A stretch of DNA of 64,000 bases from Escherichia coli (GCF_003334405.1 NZ_QOWM01000005.1), one strand, 5' to 3'; numbered from the stretch's first letter, positions 22,588 through 33,695 are shown. Numbers and translations: made by a program. The notes: a model not told the origin generated them from the sequence alone.

Positions 22588-24050
22588 TCAATCGTCAACT
22601 TTCACGTCTGCTGTTGTGCAGCATTCTCGGCAGCACGACGCTGATTTCCGGCTGTGCCCTGGTACGTAAGGATTCTGCACCTCATCAACAGCTCAAACCG
22701 GAACAAATCAAACTGGCCGACGATATTCATCTTGCCAGCTCCGGCTGGCCGCAGGCGCAGTGGTGGAAACAACTCAATGACCCGCAGCTGGATGCGCTGA
22801 TCCAACGGACGCTAAGTGGTTCACACACCCTCGCCGAAGCGAAACTGCGGGAAGAAAAAGCGCAGTCCCAGGCCGATTTGTTAGATGCCGGTTCACAATT
22901 ACAGGTCGCAGCGTTAGGGATGCTCAACCGCCAACGTGTCTCGGCGAACGGCTTTTTAAGCCCTTATTCAATGGATGCGCCAGCACTGGGTATGGACGGG
23001 CCGTACTATACGGAAGCCACAGTAGGTTTGTTTGCCGGACTGGATCTTGATTTGTGGGGTGTGCATCGCTCAGCGGTTGCCGCCGCCATTGGCGCGCATA
23101 ATGCCGCGCTGGCAGAAACCGCAGCAGTAGAGCTATCGCTGGCCACGGGCGTAGCGCAGCTTTATTACAGTATGCAGGCCAGCTATCAGATGCTCGATCT
23201 GTTAGAACAAACTCACGATGTGATTGATTACGCGGTGAAAGCGCACCAGAGTAAAGTGGCGCACGGTCTGGAAGCGCAAGTGCCTTTCCACGGCGCGCGG
23301 GCACAGATTCTGGCGGTCGATAAACAAATTGTTGCCGTCAAAGGGCAAATCACCGAAACGCGAGAATCTCTGCGTGCATTGATTGGCGCGGGAGCCAGCG
23401 ATATGCCGGAGATCAGACCGGTGGCATTACCGCAAGTCCAGACCGGCATTCCGGCGACACTCTCTTATGAGTTGCTCGCCAGACGCCCGGATCTGCAAGC
23501 CATGCGCTGGTATGTTCAGGCGTCATTAGATCAGGTGGATTCCGCGCGGGCGTTGTTCTATCCGAGCTTTGATATCAAAGCGTTTTTCGGTCTGGACTCC
23601 ATCCATCTGCATACCTTATTCAAAAAAACCAGTCGCCAGTTCAACTTCATCCCGGGTCTGAAATTGCCGCTGTTTGACGGTGGACGGTTGAATGCCAATC
23701 TCGAAGGCACGCGCGCCGCCAGCAACATGATGATTGAACGTTACAACCAGTCAGTACTGAACGCGGTGCGTGACGTTGCCGTCAACGGCACGCGTCTGCA
23801 AACGCTCAACGACGAGCGAGAAATGCAGGCTGAACGCGTGGAAGCCACGCGCTTTACCCAGCGCGCTGCCGAGGCCGCCTATCAGCGCGGCTTAACCAGC
23901 CGCTTACAGGCCACCGAAGCCCGGTTGCCAGTGCTTGCCGAAGAGATGTCATTACTGATGCTGGACAGCCGCCGGGTGATCCAAAGCATTCAGTTGATGA
24001 AATCGCTGGGCGGCGGGTATCAGGCAGGTCCCGTCGTCAAGAAAAAATAA
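22584..24050 (+). CDS. mdtP: Multidrug efflux outer membrane factor lipoprotein (OMF/TolC-like)
   Basis: 488-aa ORF overlapping mdtO stop by 4 bp; lipobox LISGC. Confidence 0.92.
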   Translation: MINRQLSRLLLCSILGSTTLISGCALVRKDSAPHQQLKPEQIKLADDIHLASSGWPQAQWWKQLNDPQLDALIQRTLSGSHTLAEAKLREEKAQSQADLLDAGSQLQVAALGMLNRQRVSANGFLSPYSMDAPALGMDGPYYTEATVGLFAGLDLDLWGVHRSAVAAAIGAHNAALAETAAVELSLATGVAQLYYSMQASYQMLDLLEQTHDVIDYAVKAHQSKVAHGLEAQVPFHGARAQILAVDKQIVAVKGQITETRESLRALIGAGASDMPEIRPVALPQVQTGIPATLSYELLARRPDLQAMRWYVQASLDQVDSARALFYPSFDIKAFFGLDSIHLHTLFKKTSRQFNFIPGLKLPLFDGGRLNANLEGTRAASNMMIERYNQSVLNAVRDVAVNGTRLQTLNDEREMQAERVEATRFTQRAAEAAYQRGLTSRLQATEARLPVLAEEMSLLMLDSRRVIQSIQLMKSLGGGYQAGPVVKKK

Positions 24051-24058
24051 AATGTCTG

Positions 24059-24090
24059 CCGCGTGATGGCTGTCACGCGGTATTTCGTTT
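24059..24090 (+). terminator. Probable intrinsic terminator after mdtP
   Basis: ccgcgtga-tggctg-tcacgcgg followed by tatttcgttt. Confidence 0.55.
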
Positions 24091-24110
24091 CGTCACGTCA
24101 AAACTGACGA
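24090..24110 (+). promoter_or_regulatory. Inverted repeat TCGTCA-N9-TGACGA about 105 bp upstream of the fdhF sigma-54 element; candidate enhancer (FhlA UAS)
   Basis: Palindrome read directly; position relative to the -24/-12 element fits a sigma-54 activator site. Confidence 0.4.
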
Positions 24111-24180
24111 CAGCCTGTTTTTCGTCAGAGTTTTGAATAAATAGTGCCCGTAATATCAGGGAATGACCCCACATAAAATG

Positions 24181-24196
24181 TGGCATAAAAGATGCA
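24181..24196 (+). promoter_or_regulatory. Sigma-54 (-24/-12) promoter of fdhF
   Basis: TGGCATAAAAGATGCA matches TGGCAC-N5-TTGCA with exact GG...GC spacing, 50 bp upstream of fdhF ATG. Confidence 0.8.
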
Positions 24197-24247
24197 TACT
24201 GTAGTCGAGAGCGCGTATGCGTGATTTGATTAACTGGAGCGAGACCG

Positions 24248-26395
24248 ATGAAAAAAGTCGTCACGGTTTGCCCCTATTGCGCATCAGGTTGCAAAATCAA
24301 CCTGGTCGTCGATAACGGCAAAATCGTCCGGGCGGAGGCAGCGCAGGGGAAAACCAACCAGGGTACCCTGTGTCTGAAGGGTTATTATGGCTGGGACTTC
24401 ATTAACGATACCCAGATCCTGACCCCGCGCCTGAAAACCCCCATGATCCGTCGCCAGCGTGGCGGCAAACTCGAACCTGTTTCCTGGGATGAGGCACTGA
24501 ATTACGTTGCCGAGCGCCTGAGCGCCATCAAAGAGAAGTACGGTCCGGATGCCATCCAGACGACCGGCTCCTCGCGTGGTACGGGTAACGAAACCAACTA
24601 TGTAATGCAAAAATTTGCGCGCGCCGTTATTGGTACCAATAACGTTGACTGCTGCGCTCGTGTCTGACACGGCCCATCGGTTGCAGGTCTGCACCAATCG
24701 GTCGGTAATGGCGCAATGAGCAATGCTATTAACGAAATTGATAATACCGATTTAGTGTTCGTTTTCGGGTACAACCCGGCGGATTCCCACCCAATCGTGG
24801 CGAATCACGTAATTAACGCTAAACGTAACGGGGCGAAAATTATCGTCTGCGATCCGCGCAAAATTGAAACCGCGCGCATTGCTGACATGCACATTGCACT
24901 GAAAAACGGCTCGAACATCGCGCTGTTGAATGCGATGGGCCATGTCATTATTGAAGAAAATCTGTACGACAAAGCGTTCGTCGCTTCACGTACAGAAGGC
25001 TTTGAAGAGTATCGTAAAATCGTTGAAGGCTACACGCCGGAGTCGGTTGAAGATATCACCGGCGTCAGCGCCAGTGAGATTCGTCAGGCGGCACGGATGT
25101 ATGCCCAGGCGAAAAGCGCCGCCATCCTGTGGGGCATGGGTGTAACCCAGTTCTACCAGGGCGTGGAAACCGTGCGTTCTCTGACCAGCCTCGCGATGCT
25201 GACCGGTAACCTCGGTAAGCCGCATGCGGGTGTTAACCCGGTTCGTGGTCAGAACAACGTTCAGGGTGCCTGCGATATGGGCGCGCTGCCGGATACGTAT
25301 CCGGGATACCAGTACGTGAAAGATCCGGCTAACCGCGAGAAATTCGCCAAAGCCTGGGGCGTGGAAAGCCTGCCAGCGCATACCGGCTATCGCATCAGCG
25401 AGCTGCCGCACCGCGCAGCGCATGGCGAAGTGCGTGCCGCGTACATTATGGGCGAAGATCCGCTACAAACTGACGCGGAGCTGTCGGCAGTACGTAAAGC
25501 CTTTGAAGATCTGGAACTGGTTATCGTTCAGGACATCTTTATGACCAAAACCGCGTCGGCGGCGGATGTTATTTTACCGTCAACGTCGTGGGGCGAGCAT
25601 GAAGGCGTGTTTACTGCGGCTGACCGTGGCTTCCAGCGTTTCTTCAAGGCGGTTGAACCGAAATGGGATCTGAAAACGGACTGGCAAATCATCAGTGAAA
25701 TCGCCACCCGTATGGGTTATCCGATGCACTACAACAACACCCAGGAGATCTGGGATGAGTTGCGTCATCTGTGCCCGGATTTCTACGGTGCGACTTACGA
25801 GAAAATGGGCGAACTGGGCTTCATTCAGTGGCCTTGCCGCGATACTTCAGATGCCGATCAGGGGACTTCTTATCTGTTTAAAGAGAAGTTTGATACCCCG
25901 AACGGTCTGGCGCAGTTCTTCACCTGCGACTGGGTAGCGCCAATCGACAAACTCACCGACGAGTACCCGATGGTACTGTCAACGGTGCGTGAAGTTGGTC
26001 ACTACTCTTGCCGTTCGATGACCGGTAACTGTGCGGCACTGGCGGCGCTGGCTGATGAACCTGGCTACGCACAAATCAATACCGAAGACGCCAAACGTCT
26101 GGGTATTGAAGATGAGGCATTGGTTTGGGTGCACTCGCGTAAAGGCAAAATTATCACCCGTGCGCAGGTCAGCGATCGTCCGAACAAAGGGGCGATTTAC
26201 ATGACCTACCAGTGGTGGATTGGTGCCTGTAACGAGCTGGTTACTGAAAACTTAAGCCCGATTACGAAAACGCCGGAGTACAAATACTGCGCCGTTCGCG
26301 TCGAGCCGATCGCCGATCAGCGCGCCGCCGAGCAGTACGTGATTGACGAGTACAACAAGTTGAAAACTCGCCTGCGCGAAGCGGCACTGGCGTAA
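24248..26395 (+). CDS. fdhF: Formate dehydrogenase H (selenocysteine/molybdopterin enzyme); in-frame UGA at 24665-24667 decoded as Sec
   Basis: ORFs 24248..24667 and 24716..26395 are in the same frame, separated only by TGA; combined 715 aa; N-terminal CPYCASGC Fe-S motif; SECIS hairpin follows the TGA. Confidence 0.93.
24665..24710 (+). other. SECIS element (selenocysteine insertion stem-loop) immediately 3' of the UGA
   Basis: tgacacggcccatcggttgcaggtctgcaccaatcggtcggtaatggc, stem-loop directly downstream of in-frame TGA. Confidence 0.8.
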
Positions 26396-26408
26396 TACCG
26401 TCCTTTCT

Positions 26409-26438
26409 ACAGCCTCCTTTCGGAGGCTGTTTTTTTAT
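26409..26438 (+). terminator. Rho-independent terminator of fdhF
   Basis: acagcctcc-tttc-ggaggctgt followed by ttttttt. Confidence 0.9.
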
Positions 26439-26488
26439 CCATTCGAACTCTTTATACTGGTTACTCCCTACCCAATCGTATTATCAAA

Positions 26489-27178
26489 ATGAAAAAAATT
26501 ATCGCATTGATGTTGTTTTTGACATTCTTTGCCCACGCCAACGACTCCGAGCCTGGCAGCCAGTATTTAAAGGCAGCAGAGGCCGGGGACCGACGCGCAC
26601 AATATTTTCTTGCCGACAGCTGGTTTAGCTCCGGCGATTTGAGCAAAGCCGAATATTGGGCACAGAAAGCCGCCGACAGCGGTGATGCTGATGCCTGCGC
26701 GCTGCTGGCGCAGATCAAAATCACCAATCCGGTCAGTCTGGACTATCCACAAGCAAAAGTTCTTGCAGAGAAAGCGGCGCAAGCGGGCAGTAAAGAAGGT
26801 GAAGTAACGCTGGCGCATATTCTGGTAAATACTCAAGCGGGTAAACCGGATTATCCAAAGGCAATTTCGCTGTTAGAAAACGCCTCGGAAGATCTGGAGA
26901 ACGACTCTGCCGTCGATGCCCAAATGCTGCTTGGTTTGATTTACGCCAACGGCGTGGGCATTAAGGCCGACGATGACAAGGCAACCTGGTATTTCAAACG
27001 CAGCTCTGCAATTTCCCGAACCGGTTATTCCGAGTACTGGGCGGGAATGATGTTCTTAAACGGTGAAGAAGGTTTTATCGAGAAGAACAAGCAAAAGGCG
27101 CTGCACTGGTTGAACCTGAGCTGTATGGAAGGGTTTGATACCGGGTGTGAAGAGTTTGAAAAATTAACCAACGGTTAA
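26489..27178 (+). CDS. yjcO: Sel1-like repeat periplasmic protein YjcO
   Basis: 229-aa ORF with signal peptide and repeated AxxWxxKAA(D/E)xG Sel1/TPR-like units. Confidence 0.88.
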   Translation: MKKIIALMLFLTFFAHANDSEPGSQYLKAAEAGDRRAQYFLADSWFSSGDLSKAEYWAQKAADSGDADACALLAQIKITNPVSLDYPQAKVLAEKAAQAGSKEGEVTLAHILVNTQAGKPDYPKAISLLENASEDLENDSAVDAQMLLGLIYANGVGIKADDDKATWYFKRSSAISRTGYSEYWAGMMFLNGEEGFIEKNKQKALHWLNLSCMEGFDTGCEEFEKLTNG

Positions 27179-27180
27179 GA

Positions 27181-27672
27181 TAGGCCTGATAAGACGCGGC
27201 AAGCGTCGCATCAGGCATTGATGTCGGATGCGGCGTAAACGCCTTATCCGACCTACAAAATCACGCTAAATCAGGCTATTGCGCTGTCTGGCGTAGGCCT
27301 GATAAGACGCGTTAAGCGTCGCATCAGGCGTTGATGTCGGATGCGGCATAAACGCCTTATCCGACCTACAAAATCACGCTAAATCAGGCTATTGCGCTGT
27401 CTGGCGTAGGCCTGATAAGACGCGGCAAGCGTCGCATCAGGCGTTGATGTCGGATGCGGCGTAAACGCCTTATCCGACCTACAAAATCACGCTAAATCAG
27501 GCTATTGCGCTGTCTGGCGTAGGCCTGATAAGACGCGTTAAGCGTCGCATCAGGCGTTGATGTCGGATGCGGCATAAACGCCTTATCCGACCTACAAAAT
27601 CACGCTAAATCAGGCTATTGCGCTGTCTGGCGTAGGCCTGATAAGACGCGGCAAGCGTCGCATCAGGCATTC
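27181..27672. repeat. Tandem REP/BIME array: about 4.3 copies of a 113-bp unit
   Basis: Unit starts (taggcctgataagacgcg) at 27181, 27294, 27407, 27520, 27633; each unit holds two inverted REP palindromes; copies differ at a few positions. Confidence 0.9.
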
Positions 27673-27708
27673 ACACATTGCCGGGTGGATATCCCCGGCA
27701 ATCTTCAA

Positions 27709-29022
27709 TTATTGATCCGCAGTTTTATCAAATTTGCCCAGCACTTCACGCTCATAAGCCAGCGCTTTCTTACGGTCAAATTTGTGTTCCCACTTGGCAA
27801 TCACCAGCACCGCCAGCGCATTACCCACCACGTTCAGCGCAGTACGCGCCATGTCGAGGATACGGTCAACACCAGCAATAAACGCCAGACCTTCCAGCGG
27901 AATACCTACGCTACCCAGCGTTGCCAGCAACACCACAAACGACACGCCAGGCACGCCAGCAATCCCTTTCGAGGTCACCATCAGCGTCAGCACCAGAATG
28001 ATTTCCTGCCAGATGGACAGGTCAATGCCATACAACTGCGCGATGAAGATAGCGGCAATACTTTGATACAGCGTCGAACCATCAAGGTTAAAAGAGTAAC
28101 CGGTCGGCACCACGAAACTGGTGATCGACGCCGGTGCTCCGTAGGCTTCCATCTTCTCAATAATTCGCGGCAGCACGCTTTCAGAGCTGGCAGTGGAGTA
28201 CGCCAGAATCAGCTCATCTTTCAGAATACGAATCAGGATCCAGACGCTTAACCCGCACAGGCGCGCCACAATTCCCAGCACTACCAGCGCGAAGAACAGA
28301 ATGGCGAAATGCACCAGCAGCACCAGTTTCGCCAGTGGCCACAGAGACGAGAAACCAAAGTTAGCCACCGTCACCGCAATCAGCGCAAACACACCCACCG
28401 GTGCATAACGCATCACCATGTGAGTCACTTTAAACATGGTTTCAGAGATGGAGCGGAACACGGTCACCAGCGGTTCACGATGCGTCGCGGGCAGGGAAGA
28501 AAGCCCCAGACCAAACAGCACCGAGAAAAAGATGATCGGCAGCATTTCGCCTTTCGCCATCGACGCCACAATGTTCGTCGGCACCAGCGACAAAATCGTG
28601 CCCATAATGCCGTGGGAACTGCTTTGTACCGCTTCCGTAGTGCTCTGATATTTCGAGATATCGACGGTCGCCAACTGCGACATATCCACCCCGGCACCGG
28701 GCTGGAAGACGTTCGCCAGAGTGATCCCCAAAATGATGGCGACGGTGGTGATCACCTCGAAGTAGATAATGGTTTTCGCGCCAATACGCCCGAGCTGTTT
28801 GGCATCACCAACACCCGCGATACCCACCACCAGCGTGGAGATCACAATCGGCACAACAATCATTTTAATCAGATGGATGAAGATATCACCCGCCGGAGAG
28901 AGCAAATTGACGACCAGCCAGTCGCGGCTGTCGCTATGGTAGTGCAGGTAGCTTCCCAGGAGAATGCCCAGCACCATAGCAAACAGAATCTGCCAGGCCA
29001 GGCTGAATTTTATATTTTTCAT
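27709..29022 (-). CDS. gltP: Glutamate/aspartate:proton symporter
   Basis: 437-aa ORF MKNIKFSLAWQILFAMVLGILLG...; DAACS family. Confidence 0.93.
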   Translation of the reverse strand: MKNIKFSLAWQILFAMVLGILLGSYLHYHSDSRDWLVVNLLSPAGDIFIHLIKMIVVPIVISTLVVGIAGVGDAKQLGRIGAKTIIYFEVITTVAIILGITLANVFQPGAGVDMSQLATVDISKYQSTTEAVQSSSHGIMGTILSLVPTNIVASMAKGEMLPIIFFSVLFGLGLSSLPATHREPLVTVFRSISETMFKVTHMVMRYAPVGVFALIAVTVANFGFSSLWPLAKLVLLVHFAILFFALVVLGIVARLCGLSVWILIRILKDELILAYSTASSESVLPRIIEKMEAYGAPASITSFVVPTGYSFNLDGSTLYQSIAAIFIAQLYGIDLSIWQEIILVLTLMVTSKGIAGVPGVSFVVLLATLGSVGIPLEGLAFIAGVDRILDMARTALNVVGNALAVLVIAKWEHKFDRKKALAYEREVLGKFDKTADQ

Positions 29023-29363
29023 ATGAATGACTTCCTCAATGGAGCGCCGTTCCCCGTTCAGAAACGCGAGAACGTGACATACTGCCAGGGCATGAATTGT
29101 GTTGCGTTGGTTTGTAGATTTTTTTAACGCTTATGATCAGTATCATTTGCGCGGTATGTTGCGCAACCCTTTAACAACAGAGCTTTTCGCTGCATTAATG
29201 CATAATAACGCGAGTTTATGGCAGGATTAATGAATAACCATTTGTTATGGAAAGATTTTTATTTGTTTAATCTGCAATAATACTGATTAGTGATTATTTT
29301 TGGCATATGTTCATTCGATTATTTTTTATGCAGCTCAATGACATAATCTTCATCACCAGATGA

Positions 29364-29960
29364 TTAATCCAATCTCCGCTGCAACAATTTCGCCATATTA
29401 ATCGACTCAACCAGCTGTGTTCGGTTAACTCGCGGTGAGTTGAGATCCATCACTTTTTGCCATAGTTCGATGGCTTGCGCGTAGTTCGCCTGCATAAACG
29501 CATCGGAAGCCAGCAGCATCAGGGCGGTGATTTCATTACTGTCCAGCGCGAGGGCTTTGTCGATCATTGCGCGAGTCTGGGCGGTCATATGCTGGCTGGC
29601 CTGGTAATAAAGCACCGTCGCCAGCGCCGCATACAGTTCAGCGTTCTCACCACGTAGTTGCAACGCCTGACGGTACGCCAGCAACGAATTGCTGTAATCG
29701 TTTTGCCACAGATAGTACTCGCCCAGTAACGCCCACTGTTCGCTGTTTTGTGGATTAGCGCGGATTTTATCCTGCAATGCCTGAAGCTGCGCTTCCGGGG
29801 TTTGCTGGCTGGCAAACTGATGTAGCGGATCGCGCTGACGCTGATACTCCGCACGTACCGCCTGCCATTTTGGGCTTAACAGATAACTGCCGACACAGAG
29901 AAATACCATCAATATCGTGAGTGTTGTCAGCATTTTCACCGGTATTTTGGGCTGTTTCAT
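29364..29960 (-). CDS. nrfG: TPR-repeat formate-dependent nitrite reductase assembly protein NrfG
   Basis: ORF 29364..30026 trimmed to ATG ([14 protein letters not shown]...), 198 aa; overlaps nrfF stop. Confidence 0.88.
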
Positions 29961-30340
29961 CGCTTCGCCCTCACTCGCCAGAGGATCAGTGCCATCAGCA
30001 GTAACAACACCACTGGCAGCGCCCATAACACCAGCGTCTGACCCGTTAACGGTGGGTTATAGCGAACAAAATCTCCGTAGCGTTCGGTCATCCAGCCAAT
30101 GATTTCGACTTCGTTCTTCCCCTCCGCCACCATGCTGTAAACCTGATGGCGCATACTGACAGCCACCGGCGCGTTGGATTCCAGTAAGTTTTGATTCTGG
30201 CACTGCGGACAACGTAACTGGCTGGCAATATTTAACGCCTGTTGCTGTTGTTGCGGATTGGCGAATTGCCAGGTGTCTACGACCTGAGCGTGCGCAAAAC
30301 AGGTAAATAACAGCAGTAGCGTGAGAAGCCCTTTATTCAT
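29957..30340 (-). CDS. nrfF: CcmH-like cytochrome c maturation protein NrfF
   Basis: 127-aa ORF, signal peptide, CPQCQNQ thiol motif. Confidence 0.9.
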
Positions 30341-31991
30341 CGCGCTTCTTCCCCCGCCATCCGCTTAACAATGCGCCCGCAATCATCAACAATCCTCCCC
30401 CCCAGATCCAGCGCACACCGCTTTGTACATACAAACGAAAAGCGTAACGATCCGGCCCAGTTTTCTCCCCCATGACCGCATACCAGTCATGGATGCCGTT
30501 CCAGCGAATTGACGGTTCCATCATTTGTTGACGGCGTGCTTCATAAAAACGCCGCTCCGGCGTCAGTTCACCAATGCGTTGCTGATGGTCAAACAGTGCC
30601 ACTATCGCTTTTTCGCTGGTGTAATTGCCTTTGGCTTGTAGATCGAGGCACTCAAAACGGAAGGTGTATCCTGCCAGCGTCACCTGCTGACCCGGCTGTA
30701 AATTCAGGCTGATCTCCTGACGGCTGACGCTGGAGACCACGACCCCAGCGGCAAATAACAGCACGCCCGCATGAGCTACCAGCGCCGGAAGCTGCACGCG
30801 TTTGCCAGAGACAAACGTCGCCAGCACAATCACCACCAGCATCAACAGACCAAACGGTAACGTCGCGCGGTTAAAATACGGCGCGCCAACGGAGAGGCGT
30901 CCCCAGCCCAGCAGGCCGTAAATCATCGGATAAAGCGTTCCCACCAGCACGATCAGTAGCACTGCGCAAAACAGCAACAGCGTAGCGAGGATTAACATTT
31001 CCCGCGATAACCCCGAAAAATGCACCGCCGGGCCACCGTCCCGCGCTCGCCAGCCATACAGAGCCAGAGACGCAAGGCTAATCAGTGCAAACAGGCTGAA
31101 CAACGGCACGGCGCGGACGTTATCCAGCGCGAACGCATGAACCGAAACCAGAATGCCAGAACGGACAATTAAGGTGCCCAGCAGCGACAGCATCAGAGTA
31201 ACTATCGCCAGCAACAGCGACCAGTGGCAAAAAATCCCCCGCTGGCGTGTCAGGGACAAACTGTGCAGCAGCGCAGTGGCAGAAAGCCAGGGTAATAAAG
31301 AGGCGTTTTCCACCGGATCCCAGAACCACCAGCCGCCCCAGCCGAGTTCGCAGTAGGCCCACCAGGAACCGAGGATGATCCCCGCCGTTAATGCACTCCA
31401 GCCAGGTAACGCCCAGCGCCAGCAAATTCGGGCGCAGGCACCATCAAACTCGCCGCGCAGTAGACTCGCCAGCGCCACGCTCGCCGCTACCATCAAACCG
31501 CCATAGCCAAGGTAAAGCAGCGGTGGATGAAAGATAAGACCGGGATGTTGCAGCATCGGATTGAGATCGCGGCCTTCGATTGCTGGTGGAAATATCCGCA
31601 CGAAGGGATCGGACCACAGCACCACAAACAGTAGCAGTGCGGCGAGCATGAGAGATAAAACGGCTAACGTCAGCGGAAATAGCGGATCGGTTTGCTGCCG
31701 ATAATGCCAGGCAAACAGCGCGCTCCAGGCGGAAAGCAGCAGCACCCAAAGCAGCAGCGAACCTTCATGGCCGCCCCACACCGCTGCCAGCTTGAGTTCC
31801 CACGACAGCAGGCTATAGCTATGTTGCGCGACATAAATGACCGAGAAATCGCTGATGAGAAAACAATACGTCAGTACGCCAAAGGCGAGCAGCAGGAGCG
31901 CGAACTGCGCCAGAATGCCGATGCAAGTGAGTCGCATCATGGCAGGCCAGCGCAACCGCACTCCCGCGAAGGCCGTCAACGGGGTCAACAC
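30333..31991 (-). CDS. nrfE: CcmF-like heme lyase NrfE
   Basis: ORF track gives 30333..32015 (TTG start, no RBS); GTG at 31991 preceded by GGGG gives 552 aa; start therefore uncertain by 24 bp. Confidence 0.85.
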   Translation of the reverse strand: MLTPLTAFAGVRLRWPAMMRLTCIGILAQFALLLLAFGVLTYCFLISDFSVIYVAQHSYSLLSWELKLAAVWGGHEGSLLLWVLLLSAWSALFAWHYRQQTDPLFPLTLAVLSLMLAALLLFVVLWSDPFVRIFPPAIEGRDLNPMLQHPGLIFHPPLLYLGYGGLMVAASVALASLLRGEFDGACARICWRWALPGWSALTAGIILGSWWAYCELGWGGWWFWDPVENASLLPWLSATALLHSLSLTRQRGIFCHWSLLLAIVTLMLSLLGTLIVRSGILVSVHAFALDNVRAVPLFSLFALISLASLALYGWRARDGGPAVHFSGLSREMLILATLLLFCAVLLIVLVGTLYPMIYGLLGWGRLSVGAPYFNRATLPFGLLMLVVIVLATFVSGKRVQLPALVAHAGVLLFAAGVVVSSVSRQEISLNLQPGQQVTLAGYTFRFECLDLQAKGNYTSEKAIVALFDHQQRIGELTPERRFYEARRQQMMEPSIRWNGIHDWYAVMGEKTGPDRYAFRLYVQSGVRWIWGGGLLMIAGALLSGWRGKKRDE

Positions 31992-32070
31992 GTTGACCCC
32001 GAGACTTAACAACAACGCCAGAAAACCGACTTCAGGAAGGAATACGTCCAGAAACCACCTCTTTTCTGGC

Positions 32071-33027
32071 TTACGCCACCGTCAACTGTCCGGCGTAGAG
32101 AATGAAAAAGCGCAGCATCAACACGCCGACCAGACTGGCCCCACACGCCGCCAGCACGGCAGGAATGCCGGAACTGCGATTGACCCACGGTTTGAGCAGC
32201 ATTGGCACAATCAGCCCCAGCCCGGCGACACCAAGCCAGAACCACCACGTCCAGAAACCGCCACCTAATGCCGCCACCAGCGCACGAACTTTACCGTCAT
32301 CGCCCAGCGCCAGACCGACAAAAAACGCCACCAGCAGGAAGATTTCACCCCATACCACAGGGATTTCCATACGGTGTACAAACTGCGCTTCCGTGGAATG
32401 CGGGTTACTGCGTTGGCGTATCGCCATGGCGATCAGCGCCACCGCCGCACCGGACGAGATGCCGGAGAAGAGGAACAGCACCGGCAGGATCGGGTTATTG
32501 AGGAACGGATACGATTTCAGCGCCGACAGCAGAAAGCCGGTATAAGCCCCCAACAACACCGCCAGCACCAGCATCAATGTTTCCAGTCCGCGATGAACGG
32601 GCGTCAGCAGGCTCAGAACCTTTTGCACGATCCCCAGCTTCGGCAACCAGCGTTGTTGCAGGGCAAGCAAATCATGTTCAAAGATTTTCGCCAGCCACAG
32701 CACCAGCACCACCATGTAGAGCTGAAACAGCATCACCCCCATCGACATCACCGAGGTAAAACTGTAGTGGAACATCAGCTTCCAGAAGGTCCACGGTCTT
32801 GTCAGGTGGAAGACGAGGATCAACAGACCGAGGATCACCGCGCCCGGCCCGACAATCAGCGTGGTGCGCAGCAACGTACTGTCTGCACCGCCCGCCTGCG
32901 GGTAGAAGCGACGTAACAGCACGGCCAGCGTCACCAGACCAGCAGAAATACCAATCAAAAACAGGTAGATGGCAATCGGCCAGTCCCACACCAGCGATTC
33001 AAAATGAAATGCGGAAGTCTGCGTCAT
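32071..33027 (-). CDS. nrfD: Integral membrane quinol-oxidising subunit NrfD
   Basis: 318-aa hydrophobic ORF overlapping nrfC stop. Confidence 0.92.
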   Translation of the reverse strand: MTQTSAFHFESLVWDWPIAIYLFLIGISAGLVTLAVLLRRFYPQAGGADSTLLRTTLIVGPGAVILGLLILVFHLTRPWTFWKLMFHYSFTSVMSMGVMLFQLYMVVLVLWLAKIFEHDLLALQQRWLPKLGIVQKVLSLLTPVHRGLETLMLVLAVLLGAYTGFLLSALKSYPFLNNPILPVLFLFSGISSGAAVALIAMAIRQRSNPHSTEAQFVHRMEIPVVWGEIFLLVAFFVGLALGDDGKVRALVAALGGGFWTWWFWLGVAGLGLIVPMLLKPWVNRSSGIPAVLAACGASLVGVLMLRFFILYAGQLTVA

Positions 33028-33695
33028 TGGCTCACCTCCCCGTATTTAAACGGTACGCGGTACAGCTTCGGTTTGGTTCCCAGCGCCAGCTTGTAGCGGT
33101 AAGTGGGCTTCTGGCGCAGCAGTTGCGAAATCTCACTGTTGGGATCGTCCAGATTGCCAAACGTCAGCGCCTTGGTCGGGCAAGCTTCAACGCACGCGGG
33201 CAACTTACCGGCCTGCAAATTGGTCTTACGGCAGAAATCGCATTTGTCCGCCGTCTTCGTGACCGGATGGATAAAGCGCACGCGGTACGGACAGGCGGCG
33301 ATGCAGTACTGACAACCGACGCAGAGATCCGGATTAACATCGACAATCCCACTGGCAGCATCGCGAAAAGACGCACCGGTCGGGCAGACGTCAACGCACG
33401 GCGCATGATCGCAGTGCTGGCAAGACTTACGGAAGAAGCGATATTTCACATCAGGAAATTCGCCCTGCGGCTCGCTACGAATAATCGTCAGGCGCGAGAC
33501 GCCTTCCGGCACCTTGTTCACTTCCCGACAAGCATCCATACAGGCGGTACAGCCGATGCATAACGACTCGTCATGCACCATGCCGTAACGCACCCCATTG
33601 ATATTCAACGTTTTCGCCACCACGCGCCCTGCGGTGCCGCTGACGGCTGCCAGCACGCCGACGCCGGTGAGAAACTGGCGACGAGACCAGGTCAT
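33024..33695 (-). CDS. nrfC: 4Fe-4S ferredoxin-type subunit NrfC
   Basis: 223-aa ORF with Tat-like signal (RRQFL) and multiple CxxCxxCxxxCP clusters. Confidence 0.92.

Noticed and set aside
27181-27672. Possible CRISPR array
   Set aside because: The repeats are 113-bp units that are themselves repeated in full, with no unique spacers, and no cas genes are nearby; this is a REP/BIME array.
28309-29127. 272-aa plus-strand ORF (His/Arg/Gln-rich)
   Set aside because: Antisense to gltP; low-complexity translation, not a plausible protein.
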